Part shown: positions 51,683-61,448 of the stretch, one piece after another
Layout of the letters: each line of letters opens with the position of its first letter
Position numbering within the stretch: position 1 is the stretch's first letter
Assembly: GCA_963726745.1 (NCBI GenBank)
Contig: CAVSDR010000003.1
Location: 800,001-864,000 of the forward strand
Length of the DNA stretch: 64,000 nt
Direction: 5' to 3'
Source of the DNA: an uncultured Verrucomicrobiae bacterium
GTDB lineage: Bacteria > Verrucomicrobiota > Verrucomicrobiia > Chthoniobacterales > UBA10450
Position numbers and translations under genes: made by a program
Notes under the pieces: generated by a model
The model's input: only the letters and a program-made list of their open reading frames with translations
The model's database searches: none
Told to the model about the DNA's origin: nothing

Positions 51683-53419
51683 ATGCCTGGTCCCGCTGAC
51701 TTCATCCAACGTTCGGTGCACGCCCTCGAGGCGGGTGGTCTTGCGGTCTGGGTGCGACGCGGCCTGGCCTTCCTCGTGATCGTCTTGCTGGCTCTTTTTT
51801 ATCTGATCCACGAGTTCCGCGGCCTGGCCACTTCGCAGGCGATGGACCAGGCGCAGATCGCGCGCAATCTTGCCAACGGCGAAGGCTTCCACACCGATCT
51901 CATCCGCCCGCTGGCCATCGGCCAGTTGCAGCGCGCCAACAAGGATGTCGCCCGGCGCATCTGGTCGGATACCTACAACGCGCCGCTCCCGCCGCTGGTC
52001 AACGCGGTCGCGCTTCGCCCGCTCAAGAGCCATTGGAAAATGTCGCCCGCGGAGGTGGTTTACTCCGGCGACAAGATCATCGCATTTTTCTCGATCTGCT
52101 TCTTCCTCGCCTCGGTCGCGGTCCTCTTTTTCGTCGCCCGCCGGCTCTTCGACGACCGGCTCGCGATCCTCGCCTGCGCGCTCATTCTCCTCTGCGATAT
52201 GATGTGGCAATACTCGCTCTCGGGTTTGCCGCAGATGCTGCTCCTCTTCCTTTTTAACAGCACGCTCTACGTGCTCGTGCGCGCGGTCCAGGCGCAGGCC
52301 GCCGGCGGCCGTGTGGGCCTTTGGCTGGCCGCGGTCGGCGCTGGTTTCGGGCTGCTGGCGCTCGCGCACGCGCTCACCATCTGGATCTTTTTCGCAGCGC
52401 TGGTCTACGCAGTGTTCTACTTCAAGCCCCGCGGCTGGGCGGCGCTGATCATCCTCGGAGTGTTCCTGCTTTTCTATGCGCCTTGGCTCTTGCGCAATTT
52501 CATCCTCACCGGCAATCCCGCGGGCGTGGCCTGGTATTCCGTCCTCGATGGAATCAACCAATCCGAGGCCGGCTACATGCGGCATCTCTCGATTGATTTC
52601 TCCACGATCACGCCCGGCCTGTTTAAGAATAAATGGACCGGCAATCTGCGCACGCAGCTCGGCGGTGTCTTTGGCTACCTCGGCTGGAGCGTGGCCGCGC
52701 TTTCCTTCTTCATTAGCCTGCTCCATCTCTTCAAGCGCCGGGAGACGGCGGCCATGCGCTGGCTGGTCCTGGCGATGTGGGCCGGGGCTGCTCTCGGGAT
52801 GGTGGTCTACGGCGTACACGAGGAACAAGGCGTGGCCGCGAACCAGCTTTACCTGCTTTTTGTCCCGATCATGACCTGCTACGGCCTGGCTTATCTCCTG
52901 GTGCAATGGAACCGCCTGGAGATTTCGATGAAGCTCGCGCGCATCGGCTTCATTACCCTGCTCTTTCTCCTCTGCGCGCTGCCGATGTTGCTGAACATGT
53001 TCCTGCCGCAGACGAACCGGCCTGGGGTGCATTGGCCGCCTTACATCCCGCCGTTTATTTCCGTGCTGAACGACTGGATGCGCCCCGAGGAAGTGATCGC
53101 TTCCGACATGCCGTGGGCGGTCTCGTGGTATGCCGATCGCCGCTCGATCTGGCTTCCGGAAACCGTTCCCGCATTCACTGAGCTGCACGATTACGGCGTC
53201 GTCGGTGCGCCGCTTAACGGCCTCTACCTTACGCCCGTCAGCGGCAGCCAGAATACCCTCAGCGACATCCTCAAGGGCGAGTATCGCGACTGGGCTGCGG
53301 TCATTTTGCGGAGTATCGATATCTCGAAGTTCCCGCTGAAGTGGGCTACGCTCCTCGGGCTGGAAGGCGAGTGCGTTTTCTTCGCCGATGTCGACCGCCA
53401 GCGCCTGCCTGCGCCCTAA
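51683..53419 (+). CDS. Multi-pass GT-C (PMT/ArnT-like) glycosyltransferase
   Basis: MDQAQIARNL, PLPP, many TM helices, PWLLRN. Confidence 0.7.
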   Translation: MPGPADFIQRSVHALEAGGLAVWVRRGLAFLVIVLLALFYLIHEFRGLATSQAMDQAQIARNLANGEGFHTDLIRPLAIGQLQRANKDVARRIWSDTYNAPLPPLVNAVALRPLKSHWKMSPAEVVYSGDKIIAFFSICFFLASVAVLFFVARRLFDDRLAILACALILLCDMMWQYSLSGLPQMLLLFLFNSTLYVLVRAVQAQAAGGRVGLWLAAVGAGFGLLALAHALTIWIFFAALVYAVFYFKPRGWAALIILGVFLLFYAPWLLRNFILTGNPAGVAWYSVLDGINQSEAGYMRHLSIDFSTITPGLFKNKWTGNLRTQLGGVFGYLGWSVAALSFFISLLHLFKRRETAAMRWLVLAMWAGAALGMVVYGVHEEQGVAANQLYLLFVPIMTCYGLAYLLVQWNRLEISMKLARIGFITLLFLLCALPMLLNMFLPQTNRPGVHWPPYIPPFISVLNDWMRPEEVIASDMPWAVSWYADRRSIWLPETVPAFTELHDYGVVGAPLNGLYLTPVSGSQNTLSDILKGEYRDWAAVILRSIDISKFPLKWATLLGLEGECVFFADVDRQRLPAP

Positions 53420-53444
53420 CGACCGCTCTCCCCTTCCCTTTGCG

Positions 53445-54833
53445 GTGACCACTCAAGCGAACAAACTTTTCGGGACCGATGGCGTGCGCGGCGTGGCCAA
53501 CGTCGAGCCGGTCACCGCCGAAACCGCGCTCAAGCTCGGACGCGCCGCCGCGCACGTTTTTACCCAGCTCAATCCGCGCACCCGGCCGGCCGATGCGCGG
53601 CCGAAGATCGTCCTCGGGAAAGACACGCGCCTCTCCGGCTACATGCTGGAGAACGCGCTCGTGGCCGGGATCACTTCGCTGGGCGTGGACGTGCTCGTGA
53701 TCGGGCCGCTGCCTACGCCGGGCGTGGCCTACATCACTCGTTCGTTGCGCGCCGACGCCGGCATTGTCCTCTCGGCCTCGCACAATTCCTATGAGGACAA
53801 CGGGATCAAATTCTTCCGGCACGACGGCTACAAATTAGACGACAAGATCGAGCACGAGATCGAGCGGCTGGTCTTCACCGGCGAGATCGACAACGTCCGC
53901 CCGACCGCGGGCAACATTGGCCGCGCCACCCGGATCGACGACGCGCTCGGACGTTACGTGGAATTCGCCAAGGCCAGCTTCCCGCGCGGGATGTCGCTCG
54001 AGAAAATGCGGATCGCGGTCGATGTGGCCAATGGCGCCGGCTACAAATCGACCCCGTGCATTCTGCGCGAACTCGGCGCGGACGTGCTCGTCTTTCATAA
54101 CGCGCCGAACGGGACGAACATCAACGCCCATTGCGGCAGCACCCACCCGGAGGAAATCCAGCGGCTGGTGCGCGAGACCGGGGCGCACGTTGGCCTAACG
54201 AATGATGGCGATGCCGACCGCGTGCTCCTGTGCGACGAGAACGGCGAGACCGTGGATGGCGACGAAATCCTGGCGATTGCCGCGATCGATCTCCTGCGCT
54301 CCGGGCAACTGCGCGAAAACACCCTCGTGGCCACGGTCATGAGCAACTTCGGCCTGGATGAGGCGCTCGAATCCGCCGGCGGCAAAGTTTTGCGCACGAA
54401 AGTGGGCGATCGCTACGTGATCGAGGAAATGGTCCGGCGCGACCTCAACCTCGGCGGCGAACAAAGCGGCCACATGATCTTCCGCGACTACAGCACGACC
54501 GGCGACGGCATTGTCAGCGGGCTGCAAATCCTGCGGATCATGAAGGCGACCGGGAAACCTTTGAGCGAACTCAAGCGCTGCCTGCAAAAGTATCCGCAGG
54601 CGCAGCGCAATCTTCGCGTCAAAGCGAAGCCTCCATTGGAGGAAATGCCCGCGGTCTTGCAGCTGGTGAGCGCGGCCGAACGCGAGCTGAACGGCAAAGG
54701 CCGCGTGCTCCTGCGCTACTCCGGCACGGAGCCGAAGATCCGTTTGCTGATCGAGGGCCGCGAGCGGACGCAAATCGACCAGCAGGCCGACCGGATCGCG
54801 GAAGCGATCGAGCGCGCGATCGGCGCGTCCTAA
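53445..54833 (+). CDS. glmM: Phosphoglucosamine mutase
   Basis: FGTDGVRG, GKDTRLSGYM, SASHN, DGDADR, GGEQSGH, RYSGTEP. Confidence 0.96.
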   Translation: MTTQANKLFGTDGVRGVANVEPVTAETALKLGRAAAHVFTQLNPRTRPADARPKIVLGKDTRLSGYMLENALVAGITSLGVDVLVIGPLPTPGVAYITRSLRADAGIVLSASHNSYEDNGIKFFRHDGYKLDDKIEHEIERLVFTGEIDNVRPTAGNIGRATRIDDALGRYVEFAKASFPRGMSLEKMRIAVDVANGAGYKSTPCILRELGADVLVFHNAPNGTNINAHCGSTHPEEIQRLVRETGAHVGLTNDGDADRVLLCDENGETVDGDEILAIAAIDLLRSGQLRENTLVATVMSNFGLDEALESAGGKVLRTKVGDRYVIEEMVRRDLNLGGEQSGHMIFRDYSTTGDGIVSGLQILRIMKATGKPLSELKRCLQKYPQAQRNLRVKAKPPLEEMPAVLQLVSAAERELNGKGRVLLRYSGTEPKIRLLIEGRERTQIDQQADRIAEAIERAIGAS

Positions 54834-54841
54834 ATTTTTCC

Positions 54842-55546
54842 ATGACTCTCCATCGCATCATCGAGGCGTTGCTCTTTAGCGCTCAAAAACCGCTGACCAC
54901 GCGGGAATTAGTCAGCGCGATCAAAGGCGCGGGCGACGAGGAGGAACTCGTGCCGAACGAGTTTGGGAAGGTGAAGGAAGCGGAGGTCGCCGCGGCGCTC
55001 GAGGAGCTCAAGGTGGAGTTGATCGAGCAGGGCCGCGCGTTCCAATTGCTCGAGCGCGCCGAGGGCTGGCAACTCGCGAGCGACCCGGCCTACGCGCGCT
55101 GGGTGCGACAACTTTTTCCGGCGGTCAAGCCCGCGCGCCTGACCCCGCCGGCCTTGGAGACGCTCGCGATCGTGGCCTACCGCCAGCCGATCACGCGCGC
55201 GGACATCGAGGCGGTGCGCGGTGTCGCGGTCGATAGCGTGCTCCAGAGTTTGATGGAGCGCGGGTTGGTGAAAATCGCCGGGCGCGCCGAGGTCCCCGGG
55301 CGGCCGTTGCTCTACGAGACGACGCAGTTTTTCCTGGATCACTTCGGCTTGAAGAATCTCGACGAACTCCCGAACGCGCAGGAACTCCGCAAGCGCTACC
55401 TGCCGACGGCCGCCCCGGCGGCGCCGCCTGCAGAAGAACCGGTGCAGGCGGAGTTGCCCACCGCGGAGGGGACGGCGGAATCGCCCAGCGAGGCGCCGGC
55501 GGAAGAACCCAAGCCGCCGAGCGAAGAAGAAGCGCCCGCTTCCTAA
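54842..55546 (+). CDS. scpB: SMC-Scp complex subunit ScpB
   Basis: IEALLF, LETLAIVAYRQPITRADIEAVRGV, GRPLLYETT. Confidence 0.96.
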   Translation: MTLHRIIEALLFSAQKPLTTRELVSAIKGAGDEEELVPNEFGKVKEAEVAAALEELKVELIEQGRAFQLLERAEGWQLASDPAYARWVRQLFPAVKPARLTPPALETLAIVAYRQPITRADIEAVRGVAVDSVLQSLMERGLVKIAGRAEVPGRPLLYETTQFFLDHFGLKNLDELPNAQELRKRYLPTAAPAAPPAEEPVQAELPTAEGTAESPSEAPAEEPKPPSEEEAPAS

Positions 55547-56569
55547 ATCCGCGACCACCTCGGGTTCGCGCAGACGCGGCGGCGTTGGATTTTCGCCCTC
55601 GTCGCGCCCGCCGCCCACGCGGACTTTTTTCATCTCCACCTTGATGAAGCTGAGGACGACCGGCGCCAGGATGATGCCGGCAATGCCCATGAGCCGGTCG
55701 CCAATCAGGAGCGCGAGCAAGGTGAGCCACATCGGGTGATGAATCCGGCCGCCGATGATGTTGCTGTTTAAAAAATACTCGAGCTTGTGGATGACCACGA
55801 GGAAGACAAAGGCCCACGCGGCCAGCTTTGGCGAGATGGTGAAGGCGATCCCGATGATGACGGTGTTGCTGATGATGTTGCCGATGATCGGCAAAAGCCC
55901 GCAGAAGAAAGTCAGGATAATGACCACGGTGGCGTAGCGCAGGCCGCAGGCGAGGACGAAGACCGCGGTCAGGGTGGTGTTGATCGCGGAGATGATCAGC
56001 TGCGCGCCGATGACGATTTCGAAGCTGCGGTAGAAGGAGCGAAACCGCTCCCGGATGAGCGTGGTGTAGTAGGAGTAAAGATCGTTCGGCTTTCGCTGGC
56101 GCTCGCGTTCCGGCTCGAAGTGGGGATTGAGGAAAACGCCCACGGCCACGACCACGCCGATGACCAGGAAGAGGAATTCCTTGGTCGCGATCTTGACGTA
56201 GAGACCCAGGTTCCCGAGGACATCGCGCACGCTGTCGAGCGCCACTGCGCGCAGGCCTTCCATGTCGGTGAAGGGCAACTCCACGCCCCGCGCCTCGGCG
56301 TATTTCACGACTACGGGCACCGCCGTTTCCACGATCTCGGGCAGGACCACGAGGGCGCGCTTAAGGAAGAAGACGAACCCGGAAAAGCCGACCGCGAGCA
56401 GGACGATGAAGAGTGTGACCGCGATCCATTTCCGGCCGAAGAAGGTGAGCTTGCTGAGCGCGAAATAGCAGAAGAGCGCGGCCAGGAACGGCGTGGCCAA
56501 CTGCAGGGCGGCCGCGAAAATGAGCAGCAGCGCAAAGACGAGGTAGGAGATGGCGACAGGGCGTTGCAC
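55543..56569 (-). CDS. AI-2E family transporter (3' end uncertain)
   Basis: LLPIIGN, HKLEYFLN, GIILAP. The ORF track reads on through scpB; an out-of-frame TAG at 55543-55545 is the likely true stop. Confidence 0.8.
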
Positions 56570-56657
56570 AGAGTTTCCGCGGGCAGACTATTCTCGAAAG
56601 CACGCGTCGGCTACGGACGAATTCTCGCCCGACATCGCCGTCCGAGGCGCGGAGAAA

Positions 56658-57209
56658 TTAGGCGGCAAGACGCGCGGCGTCTTTATGCCCGAGGATGCGC
56701 ACGGTTTGCTGGAGCTGCTCGACCTCGAGCGGCTTCTTCAAGACGGTCACCGGGCCATGGGCAAGGATGCGGTCGAGCATTTCACTGTCCGGATAACCCG
56801 TGATGATCACGATCGGGAGTTCCGGGTCGATCTTCTTGGCCGCGGCGTAGACGTCGTCCGCAGGGCCATCGGGCAATTTGAGATCGAGAAAGAGCAGGTC
56901 AAAGCGCTGCTTGTCGAGCGCGGCCAGGGCTTCCTTGACGGTGCCCACGACCACACGGCTAAAGCCGATCTTCTTGAGGAAGAGCTTGAAGAGGCTCTGG
57001 AGGCTTTCGTCGTCATCGACCACGAGCACGGTCGGCTGACCGGCCTTGTCCTCCTTGAGGATGTCCTTGTCGAGCGAGGCCTTTTTGATCCGCCACCGGC
57101 CGCCGATCTGAATCGCCGGGAGCTGCCCGCGTTGCACAAGATAGTAGACGGTCGGCAAAGGGATCCGCAGGTATTTCGCGGTTTCCTTAACCGTTAAGAG
57201 GTTGTGCAT
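56658..57209 (-). CDS. Excisionase-like HTH fused to a response-regulator receiver domain
   Basis: LLTVKETAKYL...GQLPAIQIGGRWRI; VVDDD, LDLKLP, ITGY, KKP. Confidence 0.9.
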   Translation of the reverse strand: MHNLLTVKETAKYLRIPLPTVYYLVQRGQLPAIQIGGRWRIKKASLDKDILKEDKAGQPTVLVVDDDESLQSLFKLFLKKIGFSRVVVGTVKEALAALDKQRFDLLFLDLKLPDGPADDVYAAAKKIDPELPIVIITGYPDSEMLDRILAHGPVTVLKKPLEVEQLQQTVRILGHKDAARLAA

Positions 57210-57431
57210 GGGCGAGGTTTCAGCAGAGCGAAACTCGGCGAGCAAGCCTTTTTCGTCTTCGGTTTTGAGAATTTCGGGTTTGCGCTTGATTGTCAATGTC
57301 CCTTTCTGAAACCCGGATTCTAGGAGCGAATTCGACTCCTGCGGGCGGAGCGAAAGCTGCACGCGTGATTCCGGTAGCCCCAGATATGCTGCTGGACAAG
57401 GGGAGTCGCAGAGATAACCGTTTTGACTTCC

Positions 57432-58055
57432 ATGAGCGTCCTGTTCTTTAAGCGTTTCCTCCAGCGGCCCTTTCAGGTCGCCTCGATCATTCCCAGTTCC
57501 AAGGCGATGGTCGAGCGCGTGGCCAGCAAAATGGATTTTTCGCAGCCGCGCGTGATCGCGGAATACGGACCGGGCGAAGGCGTCCACTCCCGGGAGATCG
57601 CCCGCCGGATGGGCCCGGGCTCGACCTTGATCCTTTTCGAACTGGACCCGGATCTCTCGCGCGATCTCGAGCGCCAGTTTGCCCACGACCCCCGGGTGCA
57701 CGTGATCCACGGCAACGCCGCGCAGCTCCCGCAAGAACTCGAACGTCTCGGCGTGCCGCACTGCGATTACATCGTCTCCGGCATTCCCTTTAGCATTCTC
57801 GACCTGGAGAAGAAGCGCGCGCTCCTGCAGAAGACCTACGACGCGATCGTCCCCGGCGGCAGCTTCATCATCTACCAGGTGACGAACGAACTGCGGCAGC
57901 ATGCGACCCACTTCGAGCACGCGAAATCGGAGTATTTCCTGCAAAACATTCCGCCGATGTTCATCACCGTCTTCACCAAGGCCGTGGCGCGGAATGGCGC
58001 GAGCCATTCGGCCATGCCAGCTCCGACACAGGTTCCGCTCAAGCAAACGGCATGA
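57432..58055 (+). CDS. Class I SAM methyltransferase (PmtA-like phospholipid N-methyltransferase family)
   Basis: IIPSS, EYGPGEG, IVSGIPF. Confidence 0.8.
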   Translation: MSVLFFKRFLQRPFQVASIIPSSKAMVERVASKMDFSQPRVIAEYGPGEGVHSREIARRMGPGSTLILFELDPDLSRDLERQFAHDPRVHVIHGNAAQLPQELERLGVPHCDYIVSGIPFSILDLEKKRALLQKTYDAIVPGGSFIIYQVTNELRQHATHFEHAKSEYFLQNIPPMFITVFTKAVARNGASHSAMPAPTQVPLKQTA

Positions 58056-59474
58056 GTTCTTCCGGCGCGGTTCGCACGGAAAAGGACTCGATGGGGGAAA
58101 TGTCCGTCCCGGAGGCGGCGCTCTACGGCGCCTCCACCCAGCGCGCGGTCCTGAATTTTCCGGTCAGCGGTTACCGTTTCCCGCGGCCCTTCATCCGTGC
58201 GCTCGGCCTGCTCAAATGGGCCGCCGCGCAGGCAAATCACGATCTCGGCCTGCTCGAGGCGCATCGCTCGGCGCTGATCGTGCAGGCAGCGGAGGAAGTG
58301 ATCGAGGGGAAATGGGACGACCACTTCCCGCTCGACATCTTCCAGACCGGCTCGGGCACGAGCACGAACACCAACGCCAACGAGGTGATCTCGAACCGTT
58401 GCTGCCAGCTCGCAGGCCAGCCGATCGGCGCGCGCGACCCGGTGCACCCGAACGACCATGTGAACATGGGGCAGTCGAGCAACGACGTGATCCCCTCGGC
58501 GATTCACCTGAGCGCAGCCGAGGAACTGAAGAACAGCCTGCAACCTGCGCTCGAGAAATTAGCGCGCGCGTTCACCGCGAAGGCGGAGGAATTCCACGAC
58601 GTCATCAAGATTGGCCGGACGCACTTGATGGATGCGACCCCGGTGCGGCTGGGCCAGGAATTCGGCGGCTACGCGCAGCAGATATCCTACGGCGCGGAGC
58701 GCGCGCGCAAGGCGATCGCCGCACTCGAGGAGCTGCCGCTCGGCGGGACCGCGGTCGGCACCGGGCTTGAATCGCCACCAGGATTTCCCGGCGAAAGTGA
58801 TGCGCCATCTCGAGCAGCGCACCGGCATTGCTTTTCGCGAAGCGACAAACCATTTCGAAGCGCAAGGCGCCAAGGACGGGATCGTGGAAGCGAGCGGCCT
58901 GCTGAAGACGATCGCAGTCAGCCTTTTCAAAATCGCCAACGACTTGCGTTGGCTGAGCAGTGGCCCGCGCTGCGGCCTCGGCGAGATTCAATTGCCCGCG
59001 ACGCAACCCGGGAGCTCGATCATGCCAGGGAAAGTAAACCCGGTGATCTGCGAGTCCGTGATGATGGTCTGTTCGCAGGTGATCGGCAACGATGCCTGCG
59101 TGACCTGGGCCGGCGCCAACGGCAACCTTGAGCTGAATGTGATGATGCCGGTGATGGCGCACGATCTTCTCGAGAGCATTCGCCTCTTGAGCAACGCCTC
59201 CGAAATGTTTGCCGAGAAATGCGTGCGCGGAATCGAGGCGAACCGCGAACGTTGCGCGGAGCTGGTCGAGCTGTCCATGGCCATGGTCACGAGCCTGGCG
59301 CCGAAGATTGGCTACGATCGCGCAGCCGAGATCGCCAAGGAAAGCGCCAAGACTGGACGAACCGTCCGCGAAATTTGCCGGGAACGCGCGGTTTTGCCGG
59401 AGGCGGAACTGGAAGCGGCGCTGGATCCGGTAGGCATGACGGAGCCGGGCGGCAGCGGATCGGCCGGCGGTTAG
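58052..59474 (+). CDS. fumC: Class II fumarate hydratase, frameshifted near 58765
   Basis: [43 protein letters not shown]; one extra G in ACCGGGCTTG. Confidence 0.94.
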
Positions 59475-59507
59475 ACAGCGACTTGTCCTGGCGGCAAAAG
59501 TTTCCCC

Positions 59508-59882
59508 ATGGTTGCCAATTTTCACGGCCCGCAATTCTCCGGCGGCGCCAACATCGCGATCAAGTGCCCCGCGCATACTTACGAGGCCACGGTCGCATTT
59601 TACCGCGACACCCTCGCGTTGCCGGTGATCGAGGAGGAGACCGACGGCGTTATTTTCCAGTTCGGCCCGATGCGCCTGTGGATCGACCGCGTCCCGAACC
59701 TGAGCCACCCCGACATTTGGCTGGAGCTGGAAACGAACGACACCGAGGCCGCTGCCTCTTACTTGAAGATCAACGGCGTGCCCCGTCGCGACGAAGTCGA
59801 GCAATTGCGGGAAGATTTCGACGGCTTCTGGATCAGCGATCCGGCGGGCGTGATCCATCTCGTCGTGGGCGACGAGGATTAG
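59508..59882 (+). CDS. VOC/glyoxalase-like protein
   Basis: NIAIK, FYRDTL, FWISDPAG. Confidence 0.75.
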   Translation: MVANFHGPQFSGGANIAIKCPAHTYEATVAFYRDTLALPVIEEETDGVIFQFGPMRLWIDRVPNLSHPDIWLELETNDTEAAASYLKINGVPRRDEVEQLREDFDGFWISDPAGVIHLVVGDED

Positions 59883-59897
59883 CCAGCGCTTTCGGCG

Positions 59898-60765
59898 CTA
59901 GGAAAGCGCTTCCGCGACCCGGGGCGTATTGAAGAAGAGATCCTCGAAGGTCGGCTGGAAAGCGCCGCCCGGGCTTTCGCCAATGACAAAACGCGGGCTG
60001 GGCTCGCGTTGTTCGGCGCAGAAGATTTCCATCCCGCGCCGGTCGAGTTTAGCCAGCAAGCTCTCGACCGCGCCGCGCGCCAGCTCGGGCGTGTTACAAT
60101 CGCGGCTCAGGTGGCCCATGACCACGCGCTCGATCTTGTTCCCGGGCAGCAACTGCTCGATCACCGCCGCGGCCGCAGTGTTCGAGAGATGCCCGTGACG
60201 CGACATGATCCGCTGCTTCACCGGCCAAGGGCGGAATTGGCAGGCCTGGAGAAGTTTCTCGTCGTGGTTCGTTTCGATCACGAGGGTGTGCACTTCGCGC
60301 AAGCCGCTCGACCAGCATCTTGGTCGCATGGCCGAGGTCGGTGATGAATCCGAGACCGCAACGTCCCGCATGGAAAGCGTAGCCGACCGGTTCGACTGCA
60401 TCATGCGGCACAGGAAAGGTCTGCACATGGATGTCGCAGATATCGAACTCGGCTCCGGTGCGAAAGATCCGCCAATTCCGGTGCCCGCCGAGCGCACCGC
60501 AACGGATCGCCTCGGCGGTTAGCGCGTTGCAATAGATCGGCACCTGCCATTTCCGGCAGAGCACTTCCAGGCCGCAAACATGATCGCCATGCTCATGCGT
60601 CAGAAGCACGCCATCGAGTTGTTCTGGGCGCACCCCGCAAACTTCCAGGCGTCGCACCAGCTGGCGCGCGCTCAAGCCGCCATCCACCAGCAGCCGGCAA
60701 TGCTCGGTCGCGATCAGGGCCGCATTCCCCGCGCTGCCGCTGCCGAGAATGGTGAGGCTGAACAC
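59898..60765 (-). CDS. MBL-fold metallo-hydrolase (YycJ/WalJ-like), frameshifted near 60298
   Basis: LGSGSAGN, THEHGDH, HDAVEP, TDLG, ETNHD, GHLSN, GHLSRDCN. Confidence 0.9.
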
Positions 60766-60908
60766 GCAGCGATGTTTACCGAATTGCCCGGAGGACACAA
60801 ACGGAAAGGAATTTCGCCGCGCGCCTTTTTCCCGAAAAACCGCGCGCGCCTCGGCTCGGCCGACTTCGCCGCTTGCACTCCGCGAGCGCACGAGGCAGCA
60901 TCGGCGCG

Positions 60909-61448
60909 ATGAAAAAAATCTTTTCCCTGCTCGTCGGCGCCGTTGTCCTTTTCCACGTTCACACCGGGTTCGCCGATGAGGCCAGCCATCGGCAAAGCGC
61001 AGAAGCGCTCCTCGGCTCCATGGGGATGGAAAAACTCCTGGCCCAATCAGTCGACCAGATGCTGCAGATGCAGGTGAAACAGAACCCGGCGATCGCCCCG
61101 TTCCAGACGGAGATGCGCGGCTTTCTCGATAAATACATGAGCTGGGAGAGCATGAAGGCGGACATGATCAAGGCCTACACCGAGGAGTTCACCGAGCAGG
61201 AACTCAAGGACCTGACCGCGTTTTACCAGACCCCGCTGGGCCAGAAGACCGTGCAGAAAATGCCTTCGCTCATGAGCAAGGGCGCCGAGCTCGGCCAACG
61301 CCGCATCCAGGAGCATCTCCCGGAATTGCAGGCTGCGATCGCTGCGAAAGGCGCCGCCGCCGCGGGAGCTGGTGCCGCCGCGGCCCCGCAAACCGCCGCC
61401 TCGCCCAAGGCGAGCGCGAGCGCTTCCGCTTCACCCGCCAAGAAGTAA
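60909..61448 (+). CDS. DUF2059 secreted protein
   Basis: Signal peptide, YTEEFTEQELKDLTAFYQTPLGQK. Confidence 0.88.
   Translation: MKKIFSLLVGAVVLFHVHTGFADEASHRQSAEALLGSMGMEKLLAQSVDQMLQMQVKQNPAIAPFQTEMRGFLDKYMSWESMKADMIKAYTEEFTEQELKDLTAFYQTPLGQKTVQKMPSLMSKGAELGQRRIQEHLPELQAAIAAKGAAAAGAGAAAAPQTAASPKASASASASPAKK

Noticed and set aside
54908..55542. C-terminal extension of the AI-2E transporter across scpB
   Set aside because: It is an antisense read-through of scpB, most likely caused by an indel just before the TAG at 55543-55545.
56658..57209. Prophage or ICE excisionase
   Set aside because: The HTH is fused to a receiver domain and the neighbours are housekeeping genes, with no phage or integrase genes.
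281..59858. Long antisense or overlapping ORFs (for example 281-1558, 8073-9311, 32483-34300, 46514-48109, 51659-53452, 58605-59858)
   Set aside because: They are shadow ORFs of GC-rich genes, have no family motifs, and lie opposite well-supported CDS.
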